A DNA stretch of 64,000 nt from Octopus vulgaris (taxonomy: Eukaryota). The stretch spans positions 4,650,001 through 4,714,000 of the forward strand of contig OX597815.1 of the NCBI GenBank assembly GCA_951406725.2, read 5' to 3'. Position 1 is the stretch's first letter, and every line of letters starts with the position of its first letter. Position numbers and translations under genes: made by a program. Shown here piece by piece: positions 25,977 through 37,700 of this stretch. Under the pieces are notes generated by a model. The model saw only the letters and a program-made list of their open reading frames with translations, did no database searches and was not told where the DNA came from.

Positions 25977-26300
25977 AATTTCTGCGTAATGAGATAAAAA
26001 AAATCAAGGCTTTGTAGATATTAGAACATTTATAGATAGAAGGTCTTACAGCTGTTTCTAGGATATTTATTAATAATACCCCTTCATCGGAGACGGTGTG
26101 AGAGGATGGTTAAGTCATGGTTAGTTTAGATGTGATACAAAATAGCGAATGAGGTAGAGGAAAGAAAATAGATGTGAGATATGTAGGTATATTGAATTTG
26201 TAGATCCATTTTTTAGGCAGAATGGTATACATGTAAGATTCCAATATCTTATGAGAAAAATCCAACAGTATTTAAAATTGTTCATTCCAAGTACAGAATT
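25972..26300 (-). mobile_element. Penelope-like pLTR/retrozyme fragment carrying a hammerhead
   Basis: Sequence around the hammerhead aligns with 7095-7730 (cacaccgtct...gaaacagctgtaagac...tataaatgt...agccttg) and abuts (TA)n. Confidence 0.6.
26043..26094 (-). ncRNA. Minimal type I hammerhead motif (U4C core variant)
   Basis: Reverse strand GTCT-CCGATGA-AGGGGTATT(attaata)AATATCCTA-GAAA-CAGCTG-TA^AGAC; palindromic stem III as in Penelope-like element hammerheads. Confidence 0.7.
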
Positions 26301-27737
26301 TATATAGTGTTGTAGAGTGTGTGTGTGTGTATGAACAGTGTGTGAGAGAGAGAAGCTGGAAAGATGTTAGTGGATTGTAACATCAAAGAATAGACAGGAA
26401 AAACTGGAACCTGGCTGAGTGTATGCTTGCAGCACAACACAGAACTGGAGAGTCAGGAAGTTGAACCCTGGCCACGGGGAGGGCACCTGACTGTTGTGGA
26501 TGATTATATGTGTGTGAAATGAACAACAACCCAACAGAGTTGTATAAATAGTTCTGCCGAGCCAGTAGCCTTAGATCAACCTGTTTACACTTTAAAAATG
26601 CAAGTAACACCACATCAAGGTAGGAAGTTTTGAAAAGCTTGGACAGGAAATATGGAGACATGATCATGCCCTTTACAGGGCATTGATGTCTGCAGAAAAA
26701 TAAAAAACAACCCCAAAAAACATGAGTTGGAATATAATTTTAATAAGCTGGCAATCTTGAAACTGAAGTGATGTAATATTTTGTGAAAACATATTTCTTA
26801 AGCAGCCCCCATATATTCTACCTGTTGTATGTGATGCAGTGGGGGAGAGTATTTAGCTCATGATTGTAGAGTTGTGAGTTCTATATCCCACAGCCCATTG
26901 TCTCCTTGAGCAAGACACTTCATTTCACATTCCCCCAGTCCACTCAGCTGCCCAAAATGAGTTATACCTGTAATTGAGGAGGGCTAACCTTATCATATTC
27001 TGTGTCATGCCGAAGCCCCCTGAGAACTACATTATGGAGTATGTTCAACCACTTGCAGGTTAATTTCATAAGCAAGCCGTTCTCTCGAGGAGACCAATTG
27101 GTGGTACTCTCATTGTCATAATTGTCAGAGTGGCAGTTTACTTTTGTTCAAACCACCAGATCTGGCCTCGCTTCCTACCCGTCAATGTCATTCTCAAAAT
27201 AAGCAATCACATCATTGAAGTATTGAAACGAGGTAACACATGATTAACATGAAACAATGTGAATAAATAAGCAGAGTAAGGGGTTCAGAGACATCTACAT
27301 TTACAGCTAGGTGGACTGGGCCATTAAGGGCTGACAAAGGGTTACAAATTGCCATTTTGTCCATCAATCAACTTGTGATATCCTATAAACCCATAACAGT
27401 ACTCTCTGGAATTACTTACACGTTAGATCACTTTTGTAAACGTGTGAGATACACAGCTATCATCATCATCATCATCATCATCATCATTTAATGTTTATCT
27501 TCCATGTTGGCATAGGTTGGATGGTTCGACAGGGTCTGATGAGCCAGAGCCGCATCAGGCTCCAACGCCAGCTTTGCCACGGTCTCTACGGCTGGATGCT
27601 CTTCCTAACAGCATCCACTTTACAGTCAAAGTAACTTGCAAGACAAAATAAAGAGAGGTAAAGGAAAAAAACCAAAAAGAAAACCCATGACTGAATGACA
27701 GCGTATTTGAGAAAGGAAGAAGTTGGTTTATGCCAGG

Positions 27738-28040
27738 TAATAATGTTCGTCCTTCGGGTTCGAAGATGACCATTGACATCATTTGGTGGAATTGCTGCTA
27801 TGAGACCGGAGGTGGCTGGTGAGGCCAATCCGGGCAAGAAAGCCCCTCCCACAGGTGGGGCAGAAGTGGGTAGGGGCTGTGCTATTGGTGCAGGTGGCTC
27901 TGGCGTTTCTGTTCTGCTGACTGAATCCGTCTCTCCTCGGCTGTCTTTGCTCCTGTGGTGATTGCGCTGCGCCAGGATGAGCGGTCGGCAGCAAGTGTCT
28001 CCCAAGTCTCTGTGCCGATGGTATGCCAGGTACTGAAGGC
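27738..28040 (-). mobile_element. RTE/BovB-like LINE 3' end with C-terminal zinc knuckle
   Basis: CPTCGRGFLARIGLTSHLRSH, then a short UTR GTCATCTTCGAACCCGAAGGACGAAC and an (ATT)n tail. Confidence 0.8.
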
Positions 28041-28217
28041 TAGAAAGTGAGAGAGGGACAAGCCCAGGTGTTCTTGCTATAGAGGAGATATATGGCTATC
28101 CTACATTGTATGAAGGTGGGTAGGAGTAGCTGTAAAGGAGATGAAAATGGTGGTGACAGGATATCAGAACCTCCATGAAAGGTTGAAGGTAAATGTAAGA
28201 GAGAATACAGACTGAGG

Positions 28218-28310
28218 AAGGACAGGGTGGGGGTAACTCCATAATAAAGAAGGAAAGGGTGGGGTAACTCCATAATAAAGAAGGAAAGGGTGGGGTAACT
28301 CCATAGTAAG
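28218..28310. repeat. Minisatellite, 3 x ~31 bp
   Basis: AAGGAAAGGGTGGGGTAACTCCATAATAAAG repeated. Confidence 0.85.
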
Positions 28311-29200
28311 AGTGTGGGAAGAGTGACAGAGGGTTAGAGATTGGATTATATTGGTTTCAAGTTCAGGGTGGGGCTAAGTTGATTACATTGAGTCCAGGGT
28401 TCAACTGGTATTTATTTTGACTGTGAAAGGATGAAAGGCCAAGTTGATCTCAGCTGCGTCTGAACTCAGAATGTAAAGATACTGAAATCAACCCATGCCA
28501 GCAGGGAAAACGGATGATGATGATGATGATGATGATGATTTAAGGAAAGCACAACTACAGACAACACTATATCAAGGTGGCTGACTTCAATCCACACTAA
28601 AACAGACAGTAAACCTTAAAGTACAGGTGACTCTGAAACATCCCTGAAAATGATTCCAGCAGTGTTTCCAGCTGTAGAAACACTGCCAGATCAGACGGGT
28701 GCCTGGTGCAGCTTTCTGGCTTCCCAGACCCCAGTTGAACCATCCAACCCATGCAAGCATGGAAAGCGGACGTTAAATGACGATGATTATAACATTACAT
28801 AATATTACACATAGAGGAAATTCTAGGGGTTACCAAATAGTTTTAACCAGACTTTCCTTTTCGTCTTCTGAGTTTCTATGGCACCTAGCCTTTGTCAATG
28901 TATCAAAGAACAGTTATATATCATCATCATCGTCACTTTCAACATCTATTTGACCCATGCAAGCATGGAAATTAGAAGTCGTTCAGACAGATTTTCTACA
29001 ATACGATGCCCCACCTGTTGCCGAGTACAGCAATACTTCCGTAGTCTACTGAACAACAAACAGCTCAGACATAATTATGCAGTGAGCCGGGGTGGGGAGA
29101 GAAAACACCACCATTTAAAGAAGCCTCTTGTTTACAAAGATTGTGCAACATGTCAAGAAGTCGAGCTATGCACTTCACGGTTGACTGCAATCAAAACACA

Positions 29201-29408
29201 CTCTTTACTCTTTTACTTGTTTCAGTCATTTGACTGCGGCCATGCTGGAGCACCGCCTTTAGTCGAGCAAATCGACCCCGGGACTTATTCTTTTGTAAGC
29301 CCAGTACTTATTCTATCTGTCTCTTTTGCCGAACCGCTAAGTAACGGGGCGTAAACACACCAGCATCGGTTGTCAAGCAATGCTAGGGGGACAAACACAG
29401 ACACACAA

Positions 29409-29460
<52 letters not shown>

Positions 29461-29623
29461 GACAGGCTTCTTTCAGTTTCCGTCTACCAAATCCACTCAC
29501 AAGGCATTGGTCGGCCCGGGCTATTAGCAGAAGACACTTGCTCAAGATGCCACGCAGTGGGACTGAACCCAGAACCATGTGGTAGGTTAGCAAGCTACTT
29601 ACCATGCAGTCACTCCTGCGCCT
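29201..29623 (-). mobile_element. SINE family A, full length
   Basis: Family consensus on the reverse strand. Confidence 0.85.
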
Positions 29624-29997
29624 ATACAATACACTGTCTGTATTGTTTACGGTCAGTTAACACATGCAAAGGTGAGAGGAAATATGAACTCACTCTAACA
29701 CAAACATGCAAAGACACACACATACATGGCAGGCTGCTTCAGGTTCTGTCATGCCATTCCACTCGCAATGATTGGTTGACCCAGGGCTATAAGTAAAGAA
29801 CACCAGCCAATGACGTCTAATCACAATTCACACATCCAACCCCCAAAGGACCAAACCACACCTCTTCTAGCACTCTGCTTGCCTCTCCCTCCTCACTCCT
29901 GTAATGCAACACTGTTTTGTCGTCTCTCTTGTATCCACCCACTGCCAACTATCGCTGTCGTTTAACATCCGCTTTCTGTTTTCCATGCTGGTATGGG

Positions 29998-30214
29998 TTG
30001 GCAGAAACGTTAGCACGGCGGGTGAAATGCGTAGCCGTATTTCGTTTGCCGTTACGTTCTGAGCTCAAATTCCGCCGAGGTCGACTTTGCCTTTCATCCT
30101 TTCGGGGTCGATAAATTAAGTACCAGTTACGCACTGGGGTCAATGTAATCGACTTAATCCGTTTGTCTGTCCTCTCTGTGTTTAGCCCCTTGTGGGTAGT
30201 AAAGAAATAGGTAT
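29998..30214 (+). mobile_element. SINE family C inserted in an RTE-UTR repeat
   Basis: TSD GGTATGGGTTGG (29990-30001 / 30210-30221). Confidence 0.85.
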
Positions 30215-31041
30215 GGGTTGGATTGTTGGACTGAGGGCTGGCAAGCCAGAAGGCTACTACACCAGGCTCCAATCTGATCTGACAAAATTTCTACAGCTGG
30301 ATGCCCTTCCTAATACTAACCACTCCGAGAGTGTAGTGGGCTCTTTTTACATGCCACTGGCATGAGAGCCAGTCAGGCAGCACTGACACCAGCCAGGCTC
30401 AAATGGTGCTTTTTATGTGCCAGTCAGGCAGCACTGGCAACGACCAGTGTCTCATTGCTGTCACTGCCCCTATATACCTGTTTCACCACTCACTGCATTC
30501 TTCCTCTGCTCTTCCCCTCTGTACCTTTGTGAAGATCATACTCATACACTTTGGGCAATCCTCTGCCATTCCATTTATATTCGTCTCCTATCTTGGGAAT
30601 ATGCCCTGGCACATCGCCACCATCTCTTTGTCTCGCTCTATCACCTCTCTAGCCTTTTTCTTCCTCCAAGTAAGGCAACCATGTATCTCCTCTACAACAA
30701 GACACCTATTTCTGGGCCTCTGGCATAATTTAACCCCTCATCACCCGGTAAAAAAACCACTTCCCTCAATACGACTCCCTCTCTCAGTCGAGAGGTCTTG
30801 GTCTGGCAAGCTAGTTGTTGACCTTGCTGGTGCCACGTAAAAAGCACCCAGTCTGTTGGTGTTAGGAAGGGCATCCAGCCGCAAAAACCATGCCGAAGCA
30901 GACAGAGGATATTGGCACAATCCTCCGGATTATCAGCTCCTGTCAACCAGTCCAACCCATGCCAGCATGGATGATGACATTAAACGATGATGATGATACA
31001 TATTCACACCCACACACACACAAATATATGCACACATGTGC

Positions 31042-31207
31042 AGGCGCAGGAGTGGCTGTGTGGTAAGTAGCTTGTTTACCAACCACATGGTTCCGGGTTC
31101 AGTCCTACTGCGTGGCACCTTGGGCAAGTGTCTTCTACTATAGCCTCAGGCCGACCAAAGCCTTGTGAGTGGATTTGGTAGATGGAAACTGAAAGAAGCC
31201 CGTCGTA

Positions 31208-31276
<69 letters not shown>

Positions 31277-31488
31277 CTGTGTTTGTCCCCCTAGCATTGC
31301 TTGACAACCGATGCTGGTGTGTTTATGTCCCCGTTACTTAGCGGTTCGGCAAAAAGAGACCGATAGAATAAGTACTGGGCTTACAAAAAGAATAAGTCCC
31401 AGGGTCGAGTTGCTCGATTAAAAGGCGGTGCTCCAGCATGGCCGCAGTCAAATGACTGAAACAAGTAAAAGAGTAAAAAGAGAAAGAG
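31042..31488 (+). mobile_element. SINE family A, full length
   Basis: Family consensus. Confidence 0.85.
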
Positions 31489-31815
31489 TAATGTGGTTGC
31501 GAAGCAAACTTCTTACCAAACAGCAACACTTGTGCCTGTAGATTCTAGATTTTTCTTCTCGTTGAGTTTATCAACAGCAAGTAGGAAACTGATAGCAAAA
31601 GCCATGTTGTTAGTATCTAGTCAAATACTAACGATGTGGTGTAGTCAGTATAAGGTGTAGGAATTAGGTTAGTTGCTAACAGATTCCATCAATGTGCACT
31701 GAACGGAATGAAAGAGATAAATCAGAGGTCAAATTTGGAAACACACACACGTGTGTGCAAGTGCGTTTTCTGTTTTTTAGGCACATTTCTTTATTAGTTA
31801 AAATGCTGGATGTTA

Positions 31816-32231
31816 TTAGCAGTATCGCCCAGCGTTACTCGGGTTTGTTTTCGACCCTTTAGAATTGGAATTTTTGAAAATAAAAAAAATTTACATTATG
31901 TAGCTTGTTATTATCTTTGGGTGAACATTTTTCTGGTTGAAATACACCGAAAAATGGCAACACAGCAGTCAAAAAATCATAAAAAAATAGGGATTTTTAT
32001 AGAAAAAAAAGCACCTTTTTGATGTAGATAATTTTTGGTGTTAACATGGTCCGATTTAAATTTTATCTTCTACGGAAGGAAAAGCAAGTCTTCTTCTATC
32101 ATACTCTCAATTTTGGTCAACTTGCGCCACAGGGTCTTGGAGGAGATAGTGGTAGTTGAAGGCTACCAAACCTGCCACACACACACACACACACACACAC
32201 AGACAACTTCAGCTTTATATAGAGAGAGAGA
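31816..32231 (-). mobile_element. Non-autonomous Helitron
   Basis: Reverse-strand TC...CTAA (mutated CTAG); body closely matches 60494-60887. Confidence 0.8.
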
Positions 32232-32378
32232 TTTGAAGTTCTCTTCTGACAAGCCTGTCAGCAAACATGACAAGCGTGGTAATCACCATCAACATTGTTT
32301 AGAGTCCAGTTTTCTAGGCGTGCATGGATTGGAAAGTCTAATGGAGGCCACTTCTGATAGGACCCTAGGTTGTGCTTT

Positions 32379-32732
32379 CACCCACTGAAACTTTTGGGAG
32401 CAGGGGTAATAAAATTGCTTTGAACATCCTGGGTTATTCAAGCTAACTCCAAAACCAGGATTTCTTTTAGGGAGCTGCACCAAAAACAAAGTAAAACGCA
32501 AGTCAATTTTTTAAAAATTTATATTTACAGAGGGAAGACCATGAAGGGCCACCATAACGATGTTTAAGTGCCCCATGCACTCCTGGGACCATCAGCACAC
32601 ACCATGACTACAAATGATAGTAGTTCACATAAGTGCAGAAATGGGTATTTATTTAGGGGATGCAAACCCAGGTCCAACCCAGGATGTTCAAAGCAATTTC
32701 ATTACCCTTGCTCCCAAAAGTTTCAGTGGGTG
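32379..32732. repeat. 57-bp inverted repeat pair (MITE-like)
   Basis: 32379-32435 and 32676-32732 are reverse complements with about 2 mismatches. Confidence 0.75.
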
Positions 32733-33561
32733 CAACTTATTTCATCGGTTCTTTAGCTGAACCACTAAATTACAGGGATGTAAACAAACCAACACTAGCT
32801 GTCACACAGTGGTGGGGGCAGCACACACGCACACGTCAAGGTTACCAGCCCCTATCCACATACACATTCTCACACACCTTCATTTTGGGATTACCACTAC
32901 TTTATTATCTCCCCTTCTTCCTAGCTCTCCAGTGTGACCCCAGTGTCCGGCATTTGCCATGATAGATCGCTAGCCACTAAACGTTTCTCCCCCTGTTCAC
33001 AAGCCTTTGGCGACTGAACTGGTTGATCCTGGTCATTGACATTTTGCAGAGTGTCTGTTCATCCCTGCAGCATTTAGTAATATTTGCTATTGACCCAATA
33101 AGTTTGTCTGCCGAAATAGTTCACACCCACCTTGCTGCAGCCTATGATTACAGCATACACTGGCTCAGGTGATTGCCAGGTGTTAGGCTTTGGTATTTAT
33201 ACCAGCTGCAAAGTCATGTTTTGTCTGTATCACTTGTCATTTAGGAAGAGTTTAAAAATGTATTTTCTGTAGCTGACTTCATGAATAGCACACTACACTG
33301 CTCCCAAAAGGTTTGATTAAAAAGCCCTGGTATAAGCTCTGCATTTGTTTGCAGATGCGATACAGTAAATTTGATTGTATCTACAAGGTTCTCACCCCCA
33401 CCCTGTACAATGACATATGGCTCAATAGATGTAACGGAGTTTTCTCAGGATAATAAACCTGACTCATTCTCTCATGTCTCCGTAATTTCTCACAGGTCAT
33501 GTCTACGGTTCAGACAAACCTGTGCACTTAGTTCAAGACAAATCAAAGAATAGAATCAACG

Positions 33562-34216
33562 GAAAATTACTATTTTTAAATCTCACAACAAGAGATATTC
33601 AGCAACAGTACTTTGTAGTAAAGATTGTTTGCCAACATAACATGGCAATCCTGGTTTAGGATGAATGCTGCAGTAATTTAGCCCCAGGAGACATCGTCTT
33701 CAGCTGGCTTTATGACATGATCTGTGTCCTTATTGTTTTGAACAAGGGAATCTAGCACGCCCACTCGGCTCAAAACAATATCCGTGTGTCTCCTAGGGCT
33801 AAATTACAGCAACATTCGTCCTAAACAAGGACTGCCATGTAATGTTGGCTAACAATCTTTACTCTAAAGAACTGTTGCTGAATATCTCACGTTGTGAGAT
33901 CTAAAAACAGTAATTTTCTAATTTATAAATCAGCAACTAGTTGTCACTTTGAAAACTATATATTTCGAACGGGAATTTGGCAGCACCACCTCTAGCCAAA
34001 CAATTATTCTGTGCTGATGAAGGAAAATAACCCGGAAATCATGATACACAGATATTGTTTTGAGCTGAGTTGGGGTGCTAGATTCCCTTGTTCGAAAATA
34101 TAAGGACACAGATCCTGTCGTATAGCCAGCTGGAGACGATGTCTCCTGGGGCTAAAATTACAGCAACATTCGTCCTAAACCAGGACTGCCATGTTATGTT
34201 GGCAAACAATCTCTAC
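33562..34216. mobile_element. Penelope-associated / retrozyme-like element: inverted partial copy plus ~1.2 tandem units of ~353 nt
   Basis: Direct repeat 33787-33862 vs 34140-34216 (period 353). 33562-33786 is the reverse complement of the same unit. One hammerhead per unit; no ORF. Confidence 0.75.
34008..34052 (+). ncRNA. Type I hammerhead ribozyme (canonical core)
   Basis: TCTGTG-CTGATGA-AGGAAAATAACCCG-GAAA-TCATGA-TA^CACAGA. Stem I is 6 bp perfect and extended by AAACAAT/ATTGTTT; stem III is the palindrome TCATGA; stem II is weak. Predicted cleavage after 34046. Confidence 0.8.
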
Positions 34217-35273
34217 CTCAAGCATATTTTTGTTTGATTACCTGACTTTCTTTCCTGAACAAAATTGTGACTTTATCACCAGCCACCATAAATTGTGACT
34301 TTTCACCTCCCCTTAGCCAAAATTATGACTTTTCTACCCCTGTGATTTTATAATAGGCCAATGGGGTTCGTTATAATCCTCCTACCTATCGGATCCTGTC
34401 AAATCATCCAGCCCCTATCAACACGGCACACGGTCACTAACTGACGCTTGTGTGCATGTGTGTCCATCTACCTTGTATATGCGTGTTTGTGAGATACATT
34501 TACACGACATATATGTCACGGTGCTATTTAAAAACCTGCGTTAATGATTTTTGCTTTCTTTTTTGCTTCATTGTTTTATTTCAGATACTAAAATAAACAC
34601 GTGATTTATATTCCCCCAACGCATCGCTTAATGTCATCTAATATTATATATATATATATATAAAGTGTATTGTCATTGTGTACGAGACACGCATTGTCAC
34701 TTAATAAAACAACCATTTCATACATTGTTTCTATCGCTATTATTTTCGGTTGTGTAAGGGGGAAGTGGGACATTTTCCTTACTGAAAATTGTGACTTCAT
34801 TTCCGTTCATCAAACACACAAAGCAGGGTAAAATGGTACACATACACACACACACACACACATAGTGTATTGGCATATATACACCGCAGGGTACACCACA
34901 ATTAGAGCAAGATAGTTTTTAACAAAATGGGTTTAACAATTATAAAGTTATGAATTATTTTGAGCTTTGACGCAAACATGTAGAGTAAAAAAAAAAAATT
35001 AAAAAAAAAAGTTTTCTTTTGATACCCTGTATAAAAGCATAACTAATTAAGTCGGGGGTGGGGTACACAGCTGTAATTATGCCTATATATATATATATAT
35101 ATATTACTTATTATATTATATATTTATCATTCATTTTATACTTTTTGAGATCTAGTTATAAGTTATATGGCGATCTTTCGTATCTATTATTTGTCAATTT
35201 CCGTATGTATTGGTCTATGTCTATCACTGTTTGAGTTGCATAATAGTGGTTTTATCTCATACATTCATATTTC

Positions 35274-35304
<31 letters not shown>

Positions 35305-35659
35305 GCCTCTTCACACATACTATATATATATATATATATACACAACATACTGTCTGTCTGAACCCCATCGACTGAAGACAGGGGTTTTTCACTTGTGTTA
35401 CACACACATGTACATCAATTTTTTTTGCACGGTTTCAAAAAACTGTCCAGTCATACAATCCTTGGGTTTGTGTCTAAGTTTTCGTTTCTCATTGTGTTCG
35501 ACATATGTTTTTTTGGAAATGACGGAAAGGTCTACTAGAGACGATATATTGCGTTATATATACATGTAGAAAATACGTACATATATGTATTTATTATTTA
35601 TATATTCATATGTTTTATTTATTAATATATATTTATATATATATATGCATGTGTGTGTG

Positions 35660-35841
35660 TAGTGGTTCTCAGCCGCGGCTCCATGGGTGCATGCAGCCCT
35701 CGACGGTCTTCCTTGTAAAAATATAATCATTTTCCATTGATTTGTGTTTTACTCTTTTAGGTGCCGCCCGTAAAAAAAAATAAGAAAAAAAATTCAGGTT
35801 TTGGATCTGACCCGGCTGTTAAAAAGGGTTGAGAACCACTG
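35660..35841. mobile_element. hAT-type MITE
   Basis: TAGTGGTTCTCAGCC ... GGTTGAGAACCACTG TIRs; no clear TSD. Confidence 0.6.
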
Positions 35842-36409
35842 ATAGACAGCCCAGAGACAGTGCAGTGCCAAACACGATACAGAGGAAGCTAGGTGTCGTT
35901 TGTAATGCGTAGAAAGTGAAATACGCCATAAATAGGAAGAGCAGGTCTCAAGGTAAACCGAACGGATTAGCGCGTTGAGGTAAATAACAACAACGATAAA
36001 GCAGGTGGCTGATTAACGAGGGATATTGGATTATCAGAGGAACGGAATTAGCTCGTAGGTTTTAGTGTATGGACCTTTTCTGGGACCTTTTCTCTTCCAT
36101 AACCAGACAGGAAAATGCGGTTTGCAGACGAGAGGACATTTACCTGAGGCAGATTTTACGTTAATTACGCGAGCAATTAGCAAGAAACAGTTTCAGAAAA
36201 TTAGAGAAGCATAGCTATAATAAAAGAAAAAAAGAAAAAGAAAATCCCAGAGGATTTATTTTGCTTCATTTTGTTGTAGAACGGAAAATAAAAGAAAATT
36301 AAATTAGATTAATAAAAAAAAAAAGAAGACAAATTTCAACTTTGCTTAATTAAAATGGTGTTTCTGAAATCTAGCCGATACAATCATTTAACACTCCACA
36401 TTCCTTTCG

Positions 36410-36411
36410 TC

Positions 36412-36442
<31 letters not shown>

Positions 36443-36445
36443 GTG

Positions 36446-36495
<50 letters not shown>

Positions 36496-36517
36496 TGTAT
36501 ATCTGTATGTATGCATG

Positions 36518-36550
<33 letters not shown>

Positions 36551-36600
36551 TATATGTATACACACATGTATATCTGTATGTATGTATGCATGTATATCTG

Positions 36601-36631
<31 letters not shown>

Positions 36632-36670
36632 TATATGTATACACACATGTATATCTGTATGTATGTATGC

Positions 36671-36706
<36 letters not shown>

Positions 36707-36710
36707 ACAC

Positions 36711-36742
<32 letters not shown>

Positions 36743-36878
36743 CTGTACGTATGTATGCATGTATATATATACATATATATATATATATACACTGTGTATA
36801 TATATATATGTATACACACGTGTATATCTGTACGTATGTATGCATGTATATATGTATACACACATGTATATGTGTGTG

Positions 36879-36929
<51 letters not shown>

Positions 36930-37700
36930 TAAGTAGGCAGTAGTCACCAAGTGGCTGGAGAGCCGAGTTCCACTTAAGGTACTTTTACAGCTTGGTAACT
37001 TTTCTAAATGGCAGACACGAAACTCTTCCAGCCTTGAGTCATTATGTAACTACTGCTGAGGAAGATTATATAACACACACACGCATAATATGTGTGTGTA
37101 TACAATATGTGTGCATATGTTTATATATATAATGTGTGTATGTAATATATATGTGTGTGTGTATGCTTATATATGTGTGTATATGTTTACATATATAATC
37201 CATGTAAATGTGTATATATATAATTTATGTATATATTTATAATGTATGTATGTGTATATATATAAATAATATAAAATGTGTGTATATGTTTATATATATA
37301 ATACATGTGTATATATATATATATATATATAATGTATATAAAATGTGTGTATATTTTATATATATATATGTGTATATATATATATAATGTATATAAAATG
37401 TGTGTATATGTTTATATATATAATACATGTGTATATATATATAATGTATATAAAATGTGTGTATATGTTTAGATATATAATACATGTGTATATATATATA
37501 TATATATAAAATGTACGTATATGTTTATATATATAATACATGTGTATATATATATATATAATGTATATAAACTGTGTGTATATGTTTAGATATATAATAC
37601 ATGTGTGTATATATATAATGTATATAAAATGTACGTATATGTTTATATATATTTATAAATGTATATGAAATGTACACATGTTTATATTTATATATTTATA
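36410..37700. repeat. Compound TA/TG microsatellite with higher-order ~55-70 bp units
   Basis: Recurring TATACACACATGTATATCTGTATGTATGCATG (36480-36870) and AATGTATATAAAATGTGTGTATATGTTT (37230-37690). Confidence 0.9.

Noticed and set aside
33000-33540. Possible transposase relic on the minus strand (VIVQGGGENLVDTIKF...)
   Set aside because: Resemblance to Zator-type motifs is too faint with multiple stops; needs a profile search.
35370-35560. Hammerhead at CTGAAGA-CAGGGG
   Set aside because: No properly placed GAAA/UH or stem I; only a hairpin with CTGTCCAGTC. Probably a decayed repeat.
36355-37541. Long ORFs (up to 193 aa) rich in Y/I/C/V/H/T
   Set aside because: Translations of TA/TG microsatellite, open in several frames on both strands.
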